Shown piece by piece: positions 1 to 9,572 of a DNA stretch of 53,223 nt. This stretch comes from a virus. Its lineage: Duplodnaviria; Caudoviricetes. Location: positions 1 through 53,223 of IMG/VR virus record IMGVR_UViG_3300027566_000346. The stretch is one strand, 5' to 3'. The notes beneath the pieces are model-generated. The model did no database searches. It saw only the letters and a program-made list of their open reading frames with translations, and was not told where the DNA came from. How positions within the stretch are numbered: the first letter of the stretch is position 1; every line of letters starts with the position of its first letter. Position numbers and translations under genes: made by a program.

Positions 1-777
1 TTAAAAATAACATTTGGGGAAATTAAAACAACCCCAAAATTCGCCATATGGTCCTTTCCGTAAAACCAAAGCGGTTTTACATACAGGGCAACACATGAAC
101 GGGTTAAATTTAACTGGAGATAGCTCCCAGTTTGCAACATCGAACTTAACTGCATGGCCATTTTTACATATTAATGTGCGGCCGCGATAATCAATTGGAA
201 AATCGACAGTTTCTCCGCATTCCAAGCACATAATTTTAAAGAACATATCTTGTTCCGGTTCTAGTTCATTCAGAAGCCAAATAAGAATTGCCCCATCCAC
301 TAATTCAATATTATTTTCAATTGAATATTCATAAGCTGTATGTGAAAAATAATCGTTTGTTACAAAAACGCCTTTATTAATGAGTTTCTCCTTCATGACA
401 GAGGAAAACTTTTGTAATTGAGAACGTCCTAATTTTCTATTAGAGTCCCACTTCTTTACCTCAAAAAGGCGAGAATTAGGTCCGTCAACCAAAATAACGT
501 CGTTATGACTATTCGAAACTAATTCTATGAGCTCAAAATCATGATTTGAATATAGGCTGACAACAACTTTTTTAAAATCATCTGAATTTAATGAGTCAAT
601 TCGGTCAAGTTTAGGAGATAACATATTTGTTATTCTATCTATCTCGTCTCGCTTTAGTTCATTTGCACTTAATCTAATATTCCAGGATTCAATTTTTTTT
701 GCTTTTTCTTTATCATCTATTTTCATTAAGAAAATGATCAGGGAGGCCACAACTATAATAATAACAATCGTCGTCAT
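1..777 (-). CDS. Membrane-anchored Mrr-family restriction endonuclease with C-terminal Zn ribbons (topoisomerase C4-type)
   Basis: N-terminal hydrophobic helix; D...EVK, 'GVFVTNDYFS..A......IELVDG' Mrr_cat pattern; CPVC..LVLRKGPYGEFWGC..FPKC. Confidence 0.8.
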   Translation of the reverse strand: MTTIVIIIVVASLIIFLMKIDDKEKAKKIESWNIRLSANELKRDEIDRITNMLSPKLDRIDSLNSDDFKKVVVSLYSNHDFELIELVSNSHNDVILVDGPNSRLFEVKKWDSNRKLGRSQLQKFSSVMKEKLINKGVFVTNDYFSHTAYEYSIENNIELVDGAILIWLLNELEPEQDMFFKIMCLECGETVDFPIDYRGRTLICKNGHAVKFDVANWELSPVKFNPFMCCPVCKTALVLRKGPYGEFWGCFNFPKCYF

Positions 778-1007
778 TCATCTCACAGCCTCCTTAAGTC
801 TAATAATGTTACCTGGTAACTCCTGTCCGAGTAAGCGTCTTGTACAATTGCCATTTCCTACCCCTCCTCTCGTCCATTCACTCTATTTTACTCTAGAACA
901 GTCTTTGTAAATTTTGCGAATTCACCATTATCCATTTTTCTTGAGTTCGGGCAAAAGTACTCCCTTACAATTTCTACATCCTTCTTCCTTTTCCTGCCAT
1001 ATAATGC

Positions 1008-1379
1008 CTATAATCCACAATTATTATCCTGGTATTGCAGCCATTTGTTTTCGAGAAGACTCTTTTTGGCGGCCGAGGCAATTTCATAAATGATCCGTTT
1101 TTCATAGCTGGTGCAGCCCTCTATAAGCCGTGTCAGATCTGTCCGATATTCTGCCGAATCGTTTGCTTGATTGCCGTTTAAAAAATAATCCACTGTAACG
1201 CCAAGAACATTCGCAATTCGTACCAGTGCTTCCAGACTTGCCTGCTTTTTTGCCGTTTCGATATGGCTTATGTAGGTCACAGACATATCAATCCGTTCTG
1301 CCAATACCGCCTGGGACATTCGATGATGTATACGAGATTCTTTGATCCTTATCCCAATAATTTTAAAATTAACTGACAT
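1008..1379 (-). CDS. XRE-family helix-turn-helix transcriptional regulator
   Basis: IGIRIKESR..MSQAVLAE..MSVTYISHIET.K..ASLEALVRIANVLGVTVDYFL. Confidence 0.92.
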   Translation of the reverse strand: MSVNFKIIGIRIKESRIHHRMSQAVLAERIDMSVTYISHIETAKKQASLEALVRIANVLGVTVDYFLNGNQANDSAEYRTDLTRLIEGCTSYEKRIIYEIASAAKKSLLENKWLQYQDNNCGL

Positions 1380-1512
1380 TCTTTGCCCTCCTACTGTGTA
1401 AAAATCTCCTATATTCTACCCAACAGGCAAGGGCTTCAGGCTTCGGTATAAAAAGCAAAATCCACATCGAATAAAATCCGTTTATGATAATATCTGAATT
1501 AATTTCACCTGG

Positions 1513-1552
1513 AAATGAACCACAGGTAAATTTGTTGACCTGTAGTTCATTT
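1513..1552. promoter_or_regulatory. Imperfect inverted repeat (15-bp arms, 10-bp spacer) between divergent XRE and recombinase genes
   Basis: AAATGAACCACAGGT-N10-ACCTGTAGTTCATTT, 14/15 complementary; candidate operator or recombination site. Confidence 0.5.
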
Positions 1553-1611
1553 TCTTATCCTCCTGCGCCTTATAAAATTGGGGAAATAACTATATCCACG
1601 GAGTGTTTGCA

Positions 1612-3492
1612 ATGAAAGAAGCCGAGAGTCAGAAGGCACGTATTCGCGAACGATATAAAGGTATTGACTTGGATGAACTTGACGTCATCCCAGCTGTTGC
1701 GCAGGAGAATTTCTTCGACAGCATAAATATAAAGCGCGTTGCGGTGTATGCGCGGGTATCTACCGACGATCCACGACAAACATCTTCGTATGAACTTCAA
1801 AAAAACCACTACAAAGATCTTGTCAGCCGTCATCCAAACTGGAATCTGGTGGATATTTATGCCGATGAAGGTATTTCCGGAACGTCACTCCAACATCGCA
1901 ATGCTTTCATTAAGATGATAAAAGATTGTCAGGATGGCAAGATTGACCTTGTAGTGACAAAGACGGTTGCACGTTTTGCGAGAAATATTCTGGACTGCAT
2001 TGGTTATGTACGTCAGTTGGCGGCTATACAACCGCCCGTCGGCGTTTTTTTCGAAACGGAGAATATCTACACCCTTAACAGCAACAGCGAAATGCTCCTA
2101 TCCTTTATGGCTACTATGGCACAAGAGGAATCGCACAACAAAAGTGATATTATGAATTCATCTATCGAAATGCGTTTCCGAAGAGGTATATTCCTGACAC
2201 CTCCGCTGCTAGGTTATGATCTGGACGCAGACAGGAACCTTGTTATCAATGAAAACGAAGCCGAGACAGTACGTTTGATCTTCTTCATGTATCTCTACGG
2301 GTATACCTGTACCCAGATTGCCGATACCTTGACCAACCTTGGACGCCGAACAAAAAAAGACAATGCATCGTGGTCACCGGGTTCTATTCTTCAGATTCTA
2401 CAGAACGAGCGGCACTGCGGGGATGTTCTGGCCCGCAAAACGTGGACACCAAATTACCTTGATCATAAATCTAAGAAAAATAGGCAGAACAAAAATCAAT
2501 ACCGAAAACGGAACCACCATGAAGCAATTATCCCAAGGGACGATTTTATAGCGGTCCAGCGACTCATCAGCAACGCCAGGTATGGCAATAAGGGAATTCT
2601 GCCAGAACTGCAAGTCATTCGTGACGGCGTCCTAAAGGGATTTGTCTCAGTAAATCCACGGTGGATGGCTTTTGGCGCTGATGATTATCGAGCGGCATCC
2701 AGCAGTGTCGATGACAATGGAAACAGACTACAAGCAGAAAGATTTGAGATTGAGGCTCAGTCCGGCGATTTTGATTTGCGCGGTTATGAAATCGCACGTT
2801 CGCAATTCTTTGATACCGCCCGAAAGCTATGTGTCACCTTATCAGCTGATTGCATCGTGTTCAGTACTGAGTGCATCCGGAAATTTGATAAGGCTCTCTA
2901 TATAGAAATGCTGGTTCAGCCAAGCGAGCAGCTTCTTGTGGCACGCCCTTGTACGAAAGAGACAAGGAACGCTGTCCGGTGGGCTAATCTCCATGAAGGC
3001 CAGTATTATTCCCGACCTGTCAACTGCGCCGCATATATCAAAACCCTGTATGGACTTTTCGGCTGGAAATCAGGTTGTAAATATCGCGTGCGCGGTATAT
3101 ACAGGCAAAAAGATAACGAGGCGGTCGTAATATTTGATATGAGGGAAACTGAAATATTCATACCACAGGATACTCTTGGTTTGGCCAGAGAGGAAACAAT
3201 GATGGATGATTTGCTTCCAAATGACGTGCGTCCTTTCACTGCCGGTCCCAAAAAGGATATTATGGCGTATCCCTCGTCATGGGCGAACACTTTTGGCAGT
3301 AACTTTTACCGACATGCGCAAGCACGAGAATTGGCAGCCTTTGTTAATCAGGGCATATGGAATGTAAATGAAGAAGGAGAGCCGTTTTGTGATTCTCAGG
3401 TGTTGAACGTGACAAATCCCGAAGTTGTCGGCAGTAAAATTGAGCAGATGATCAGCAATATGGAACAGGAGACTATTAGAGATGGAGAGTGA
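1612..3492 (+). CDS. Large serine recombinase with an extra C-terminal domain of unknown function
   Basis: AVYARVSTD catalytic Ser, DEGISGT, RFARN, AQEES, LLGYD, HEAII motifs; GGAG RBS favours ATG 1612. Confidence 0.92.
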   Translation: MKEAESQKARIRERYKGIDLDELDVIPAVAQENFFDSINIKRVAVYARVSTDDPRQTSSYELQKNHYKDLVSRHPNWNLVDIYADEGISGTSLQHRNAFIKMIKDCQDGKIDLVVTKTVARFARNILDCIGYVRQLAAIQPPVGVFFETENIYTLNSNSEMLLSFMATMAQEESHNKSDIMNSSIEMRFRRGIFLTPPLLGYDLDADRNLVINENEAETVRLIFFMYLYGYTCTQIADTLTNLGRRTKKDNASWSPGSILQILQNERHCGDVLARKTWTPNYLDHKSKKNRQNKNQYRKRNHHEAIIPRDDFIAVQRLISNARYGNKGILPELQVIRDGVLKGFVSVNPRWMAFGADDYRAASSSVDDNGNRLQAERFEIEAQSGDFDLRGYEIARSQFFDTARKLCVTLSADCIVFSTECIRKFDKALYIEMLVQPSEQLLVARPCTKETRNAVRWANLHEGQYYSRPVNCAAYIKTLYGLFGWKSGCKYRVRGIYRQKDNEAVVIFDMRETEIFIPQDTLGLAREETMMDDLLPNDVRPFTAGPKKDIMAYPSSWANTFGSNFYRHAQARELAAFVNQGIWNVNEEGEPFCDSQVLNVTNPEVVGSKIEQMISNMEQETIRDGE

Positions 3493-4207
3493 ACATGTTT
3501 TGCTCAGTACTATAAGCGATTCGATAGAATTAAAAGAACAGGTAACAGAAGCAGCGGCAGACGAACAAGCTATACAGGACGATTACTTCACTTATGATGG
3601 TTATCAAGTAGTTCGCCGCGAATTTTTCGCTCATATGTATGAGCCCTCTATTACTTTCAATAACTGCAAGCTTTCACTTAATAAAGCGTGCCTGACTCGT
3701 CTGCCAGATGTAGATTATGTTCAGATACTTGTAAACCCGGAACAAAAGAAGCTTGCCGTCCTTCCCAGCAGTGAGGACGAAAAAGACTCATTCCTTTGGT
3801 GCAGCACCCGGGGTGAAAAAAGAAAACCAAGACAGATAATCTGCCGCATGTTCTTTGCCAAGGTTATTCAATTGATGGGTTGGAATCCGGATTATCGTTA
3901 TAAGATGCTTGGGAAGCTGATTCAAAGCGGCAGTGAGCAACTGTTTGTCTTTGACCTTACGGCAACAGAAATCTACCAGCGCTTTCTAAGCGACGGAGAG
4001 AAGATTAAGACCTCACGTACCCCTGTCTTCCCTGCGGAGTGGCAAACTCAGTTTGGTTTGCCGGTTGAAGAACACCGCCGACTGCTTCAAGTAAACATAT
4101 TCGACGGTTATACCGTTTTTGGCATCAAAGATAAACCGGTTGCTAGTCCAGAAAATACATCCGAGGGACAATCTGTTCTGTCAGGAGGGATGATGAAATA
4201 TGACTGA
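3482..4207 (+). CDS. Hypothetical protein paralogous to the recombinase C-terminal domain
   Basis: Overlaps upstream gene; F...GY...R..FF, Y...LV.P, GW..., FD...TEI, P..W...FG..H shared with the upstream protein. Confidence 0.8.
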   Translation: MESEHVLLSTISDSIELKEQVTEAAADEQAIQDDYFTYDGYQVVRREFFAHMYEPSITFNNCKLSLNKACLTRLPDVDYVQILVNPEQKKLAVLPSSEDEKDSFLWCSTRGEKRKPRQIICRMFFAKVIQLMGWNPDYRYKMLGKLIQSGSEQLFVFDLTATEIYQRFLSDGEKIKTSRTPVFPAEWQTQFGLPVEEHRRLLQVNIFDGYTVFGIKDKPVASPENTSEGQSVLSGGMMKYD

Positions 4208-4580
4208 TAATAGCACAGCGAGGCCGGCTATACTGGTAGACCTTAAAAAGTATCGTATCAGGATACACAAAAACACGCTTCGCTCTATTGGTACCCCAAA
4301 TTACGTTCTGCTGTTGGTAAATCCGGAAGAACGCACATTAGCGATCCTTCGCAGCGATCGTTCTGATCCGCGCGCACACCATATAAACATGGCTTTATTT
4401 GAAAATAATAAGGCATCATTCGAATTATACAGCAGGCCCCTTATAAAGAAACTGCGTGATGTATGCAGTAGCTGGCAGGACAGTCAATCATACCGCTTGT
4501 ATGGGGAAATAATCCCCCATGAAGATATGGCTCGGTTTTATATGTCTGAAGCTGTTCCGATGAATGGAGCTGAAACATAA
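4200..4580 (+). CDS. Hypothetical protein, minimal third copy of the same domain
   Basis: GGAGG RBS; NYVLLLVNPEERTLAI resembles DYVQILVNPEQKKLAV. Confidence 0.75.
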   Translation: MTDNSTARPAILVDLKKYRIRIHKNTLRSIGTPNYVLLLVNPEERTLAILRSDRSDPRAHHINMALFENNKASFELYSRPLIKKLRDVCSSWQDSQSYRLYGEIIPHEDMARFYMSEAVPMNGAET

Positions 4581-5538
4581 CGCCATGGCAGAACAATGCA
4601 TTTATAAATTGAAAATCGACGCTGGTTTCAAACGGTTGATTCCGCCCTTGTCTGCTGAAGAACTGAAGCAGCTTGAAGATAATATTATTCACGACGGGTG
4701 CCGTGAGCCAATTTGTGTTTGGAACAATACGATTTTGGATGGCCATAACCGTTATGAAATATGCACACGACAACAAATACCATTTATGATCCAACGCATA
4801 TGTTTTAATAACCGTGAGGAAGCAATAACGTGGATCTGTGCTAATCAGCTTGGCCGCCGCAACATCACAGAAGAAACACGTAAATACCTGATCGGTAAAA
4901 GGTACGAGATGGAGAAAATAATCGGTGCCCATAATGCTGCTGGGATCAACCAGCACACGAAAAAAGAGGTTAGGGCTAAAATGTTGCCCGAACCACCTTT
5001 TGGTATAACAGCCGCTCGAACAAGAGAACGGCTTAGCGAGGAGTACAAAATTTCACATGCCACCGTTCAATCTTATGAAAAGTATTCTCAATCACTAGAC
5101 TCGTTATCGAGAGTTGCACCTGAATTAGTTCCGAAGATATTATCAGGCGAGGTAAAGATATCCATTGAAAATACTGTTGAGTTGTCTCGGTTACCCGGGC
5201 TGGAAATCAAACGTTTGAGCCAGCTTATATCAGACGATACCTCTAAATTTATCGAGAATCTACGCAGGGTTCTTCCCAAAAAACAAAGTTCAACAGAGAA
5301 ACTCTATTTTCCGGTACCCGCTGGCTCCGTTAAAGACATACCTGTTTATGACCCAGATGCAGAAATATCCAGCCTTGCATTAACCATTCCATCCTGGATC
5401 AGTTCAATTAACCGCACCTGCTCCGCTGCTGACCTCAGTAGTACAACCTATAACGCACGCAGCAAGCTCGAGAAGCAACTGTTGGAATTGAAAGTAACCA
5501 TCGACTCTATGCTTGCGGCAATAAGGGAGGAGATCTGA
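4564..5538 (+). CDS. ParB/Srx N-terminal domain protein with probable HTH
   Basis: LIPPLS.EE..QLE.NI..DG.REPI.VW...ILDGHNRY..C; NQLGRRN. Confidence 0.8.
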   Translation: MELKHNAMAEQCIYKLKIDAGFKRLIPPLSAEELKQLEDNIIHDGCREPICVWNNTILDGHNRYEICTRQQIPFMIQRICFNNREEAITWICANQLGRRNITEETRKYLIGKRYEMEKIIGAHNAAGINQHTKKEVRAKMLPEPPFGITAARTRERLSEEYKISHATVQSYEKYSQSLDSLSRVAPELVPKILSGEVKISIENTVELSRLPGLEIKRLSQLISDDTSKFIENLRRVLPKKQSSTEKLYFPVPAGSVKDIPVYDPDAEISSLALTIPSWISSINRTCSAADLSSTTYNARSKLEKQLLELKVTIDSMLAAIREEI

Positions 5539-6407
5539 TGGACGACTACAGTGCTTTTGTCCCTAAAGTACATTTTGAGCAAATTCCTATTAAAAATCTG
5601 GTTTCTAATCAGGAGTATCAAAGGAATCTGTCTATTACGCATGTCAAGCGCACGGTTGATAACTTTGACTTATACCAAATTAATCCGGTAAAGGTCAGCC
5701 GCCGCAATGGCGTCAATTATGTTTTCAACGGCCAGCACACAATTGAAATCATTGCAATAGTATCCGGATCACGTGAAACCCCGATTTGGTGTATGATTTA
5801 TGATGATCTGGAATACACCATGGAGGCAGATATTTTTGCAAACCAACTAAAATATGTTAAACCGCTGCTGCCCTATGAAATTTTTATGGCAAATATTGAA
5901 GCCGGCAACGATGAACAGCTTATTATTAAATCACTGGTTGAATCATACGGCTTGTTTATTTCATCAAATAAAGTGCCCGGCGGTATATGTGCCGTGTCAT
6001 GCCTGGAATATATTTATCAGAAATATGGATTTCATGTGCTTGATCGCACTCTGCGTCTTTGCATTGGAACATGGGAGGGAGATAGCAATTCATTTTCAGC
6101 TAATATGCTGAAAGGAATAGCTCATCTGATTGTTGCCTTTGGCGATGTCCTGAAGGATGATGCTTTCAAGGAAAAAGTCGGTAAGTTTTCATCGCGAGAG
6201 ATTGGGCGTATAGCAAAGGATCGAAAAGCCGGATCTCTTGGTTATACTGAAGCCATGCTTATCGCCTACAATAAGAAAATGAAATCCCCATTAAAATGGG
6301 CCAAATTATATATGACCAAATCTACTGCGCCTGATGATGACTTTTACACAGATTATGAAGAAACCGACTTAGATGCAACAGAAGAAATAGAAGCCGATGG
6401 TATCTGA
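5538..6407 (+). CDS. ParB-superfamily DGQHR/DndB-like protein (DUF6551-like)
   Basis: YQR motif and FNGQHT variant of DGQHR; TGATG coupling; acidic tail. Confidence 0.7.
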   Translation: MDDYSAFVPKVHFEQIPIKNLVSNQEYQRNLSITHVKRTVDNFDLYQINPVKVSRRNGVNYVFNGQHTIEIIAIVSGSRETPIWCMIYDDLEYTMEADIFANQLKYVKPLLPYEIFMANIEAGNDEQLIIKSLVESYGLFISSNKVPGGICAVSCLEYIYQKYGFHVLDRTLRLCIGTWEGDSNSFSANMLKGIAHLIVAFGDVLKDDAFKEKVGKFSSREIGRIAKDRKAGSLGYTEAMLIAYNKKMKSPLKWAKLYMTKSTAPDDDFYTDYEETDLDATEEIEADGI

Positions 6408-6490
6408 ATCACAACTATGGATATGATCTACCTTCTCTTACTAATCTGATTGCATCAGACTAAAATTCTTCAGTGTATCGCTTCCCATTT

Positions 6491-7876
6491 TTATTCATCT
6501 TTGAATCCCTCCACAGTTGTTATTTGACCTACATCTGTGTGTTCGACAAATTGAGTATAAGTCAACCTTTTGGTTACAATAGCTTTGACCTCATTAAGTA
6601 TATCTGTAACCGGATCACAGTTTTTAGCCTTTCGATGAACTAAATCGATGTAAGACAATAGCAGCTCCTTATTTGTTTCATTGTCCGTTGCTAAGGCGTA
6701 TACTTCTAACTCCTCTGCATATTTGCGGAGCCTTTGTGACATAAACCAGCTTTCCATTTGTTGTTCAATATTCTCCATTAAATGATTCCTGCGGCGTTTC
6801 TGTTCTTCTGTCTGTTGAACTCGTTTTCTTTTTTCTTCTTCAATGGCCTGAAGCCGTTTCCTCTCGATCTCCATTAGTTCTCTCTCACGTTCATGTTTAA
6901 GATCAGCCATAAAAGATTCGTTGGCCATTTTGCATAAAGCTATGAAGATATCTCCTATTTGCTTCTCAATGGGATTATCATCTGAATCCACAAATTTGAC
7001 TCCTTTTGGAGTTTTGACTTTTTGCCAGGGATCCAGAACTTCCTCAAATTCTATTTCGAATCTCCCGCTAAATACTTTTTCATACATTGGTTTAAAATCG
7101 GTTGGATAATTGTCCGGTTGACTTGATAATAAGGTGCGCCTTTTTACCATGATTTCAAACAGCTGAAATGAAAAATTATATCCAAACAACTTAAAACTGG
7201 CATTATCCTTTACTCCCGAACCAACAGTCACATTCCCGCCTAATTCCTCAACTGATTTAATTAATGCTTCAACTAATCTATATGCACGATTAGCCTGTTT
7301 GTTCGATACGTATATCGGCAGGACTGCTTTATTATCCCGATATTTTATTTTTGTATTATCCAACGTATAATTCAAAGAGAAACTAAATTTGTCATGGAAT
7401 CTATGGACTTCATCACGCTTTTTTCTATATTCCATTTCCTCCTGGTAATTAATAATTAGTTGATTATACTGAGCTACCCGTTTCGGAACTTCAATTTTCT
7501 TACACCAACTTAAAAATCTTTCCTTTGACTCAGGAGAAAGTAAGCCCAGTCCTTCTAGTTCTTGTAGTTGCTCGGAAGTATTTTCGGTAATATCGATTAG
7601 CTCCAGCTTCAGGCCTGGTTTTTTATCAGTATCAATGGAGACACCAGCTTGTTTGTGAATAAATAAGGCTTTATAAGGAGGAAGTTCAGGCTGGGCTGGA
7701 ACTGATTTTCCGGCTTGTAATTTTGCCCAGTATCCGGCGGGGGGAAGTGGTATCTCAAGTTTCACGCACCTTTTGCGAAGGCCATTATCAGATATTTCGT
7801 AGCGCTTGGCTACAGTTGTCATTGGTTCTTTCCAGACTTCGTCAAACAGTTTTTGCCTTTCCTCTTCAAAATTCAT
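6491..7876 (-). CDS. Hypothetical protein with N-terminal HTH-like motif and C-terminal coiled coil
   Basis: 461-aa ORF; LFDEVWKEPMTTVAKRYEISDNGLRKRC...P.PPAGYWAK. Confidence 0.7.
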   Translation of the reverse strand: MNFEEERQKLFDEVWKEPMTTVAKRYEISDNGLRKRCVKLEIPLPPAGYWAKLQAGKSVPAQPELPPYKALFIHKQAGVSIDTDKKPGLKLELIDITENTSEQLQELEGLGLLSPESKERFLSWCKKIEVPKRVAQYNQLIINYQEEMEYRKKRDEVHRFHDKFSFSLNYTLDNTKIKYRDNKAVLPIYVSNKQANRAYRLVEALIKSVEELGGNVTVGSGVKDNASFKLFGYNFSFQLFEIMVKRRTLLSSQPDNYPTDFKPMYEKVFSGRFEIEFEEVLDPWQKVKTPKGVKFVDSDDNPIEKQIGDIFIALCKMANESFMADLKHERERELMEIERKRLQAIEEEKRKRVQQTEEQKRRRNHLMENIEQQMESWFMSQRLRKYAEELEVYALATDNETNKELLLSYIDLVHRKAKNCDPVTDILNEVKAIVTKRLTYTQFVEHTDVGQITTVEGFKDE

Positions 7877-9513
7877 TATGCCCCCTCCTGACTGCGGAAT
7901 GAAAATCCGCTTCTCAGAAGATCATCGACTAGTTCTTCGAGTTCGTACTCGTTATTAACCTGTTCAGGCACAAAATAACGGCATTGATTATCATTGAATA
8001 GAGCAGAAATACAACTTAGAAAATCAGGTATTTCGTGATAATCAAATTTATGAAGTACTTTATCATCATGGGCGATTCTTATATTTCGGGAGAAGATCTT
8101 GGATAGATGCACACCCACTATTGCATTGCGCATTTCACTCAAACGATTAAAATCTTCTTCAAACTCACTTCGATAGTTTTTCCTTTTTATTAGCAATGAA
8201 AGATCGACTGCAAATTTTATTTTAAACTTCATTTCCTTTGCAATATTTCTGATCCTTATAATATCCTCAGCGGTTTGCATAAGATATGGTAACTTTGAGC
8301 TCTGCTTAAAAGGTCCGTTCACCAGGGCTATCTTCATGCTTGTATATTTTTTCAAGCTTTTTTCCAATATGCGATATTGGGCAAAAAATTCTTCTTCGTT
8401 ATATATCTGTGATCTCAGCGGAGATAATAGTTCCAGAGCATAGGGTACGCCATGATCGGCAAAGGTCTTCTTAAGATTACTGATAACTAAGTCCAACTCA
8501 TTTGCATTTTTCCACATGGCGTCATTATCTTTGTTGTAACTCAGCCTTAATATATATGGACCATCCGGTTTGGATTTTATAGAGCCATTGGTCGTTTCAA
8601 GGAACTTAATTGTGCTTGGGATGTCTGCAGGATAGGGAATATCTTTAATCTTTACCGGGAGAATAATATTGATATTATCAACTATGCTTACCCTCCCGGT
8701 TGTCACACATAAATTAACGTATTCAGGCCAATAGTCAGTGTCTTTAACATTCTCGAAAAGCCATACATACATGATAAGCATTTCGAGTTCACCTTTGCGG
8801 CCATTAATAAACGGTCGATGGATATTATCTTCATATATTTCATTTATCCCGAACGGGTTATTATTATATCTGTGGTTGTAGCGGTTAATACGGTAAGAAC
8901 TGTCATAATCCCTGTCAAAAACGTGTTCAATATATTCATCATAAAAGGAATACGTTAGATTCTGGGCATACTCAAACAAATTTACACCATAACCACGATA
9001 CGTTTCCTTGACCCAATCAACTAATGAATTATCCAGCAGCTTGAAACCTGAAATAGAAGGTTTTCCCACCCGTCTCTCCTTTGATTCCCTGGCTAGGATT
9101 ATTAGCTCATCTTTGTATTGCTCAACTTCTGTATTTTTCATTTTTGTACTTGCACAGAATTGATTAACGGTTTTTTCGTAATCATCCTGACAATAAAATA
9201 AATCCAAATATTCTTCCCCTTTAAGCCAGTTATTTATTATCCTGTCTATCCGGGTCTTGTATTTTTTATAGTACTCAATGATAAAGGCTTTACTTTCAGG
9301 ATAATCATCCGCTATCTCCTGTTCGATCTTTACAGCTGTCTGCTCTAATTTTATATTTTCGTAGTCGTAGGCTTCTGGATTTAGATAATTATTGAAGTAC
9401 TCCATGACATATCTAATAACCGTTGCCATATTCTCGGCATGATTTTTGAAGTTGAACTCGTCCAACTTGTCCTTCTTTTTCATCTGGGAAATGTACTGTT
9501 CAATGGTAAGCAT
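7876..9513 (-). CDS. Hypothetical protein: helical N-terminal domain plus degenerate AP-endonuclease/xylose-isomerase-like TIM barrel
   Basis: 545-aa ORF with RBS; KFAVDL, IVGVHLS, FVPE strands suggest the barrel (fold is inference). Confidence 0.55.
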   Translation of the reverse strand: MLTIEQYISQMKKKDKLDEFNFKNHAENMATVIRYVMEYFNNYLNPEAYDYENIKLEQTAVKIEQEIADDYPESKAFIIEYYKKYKTRIDRIINNWLKGEEYLDLFYCQDDYEKTVNQFCASTKMKNTEVEQYKDELIILARESKERRVGKPSISGFKLLDNSLVDWVKETYRGYGVNLFEYAQNLTYSFYDEYIEHVFDRDYDSSYRINRYNHRYNNNPFGINEIYEDNIHRPFINGRKGELEMLIMYVWLFENVKDTDYWPEYVNLCVTTGRVSIVDNINIILPVKIKDIPYPADIPSTIKFLETTNGSIKSKPDGPYILRLSYNKDNDAMWKNANELDLVISNLKKTFADHGVPYALELLSPLRSQIYNEEEFFAQYRILEKSLKKYTSMKIALVNGPFKQSSKLPYLMQTAEDIIRIRNIAKEMKFKIKFAVDLSLLIKRKNYRSEFEEDFNRLSEMRNAIVGVHLSKIFSRNIRIAHDDKVLHKFDYHEIPDFLSCISALFNDNQCRYFVPEQVNNEYELEELVDDLLRSGFSFRSQEGA

Positions 9514-9572
9514 TGTTCACTCCCCCTACATTCCAACCATCCACTTCATTCAATATAAATGCCAAAGGGTTA

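Noticed and set aside
6408-6490. TCTGAT-tgc-ATCAGA dyad between convergent operons as an att site or terminator
   Set aside because: Only 6-bp arms and no partner site found
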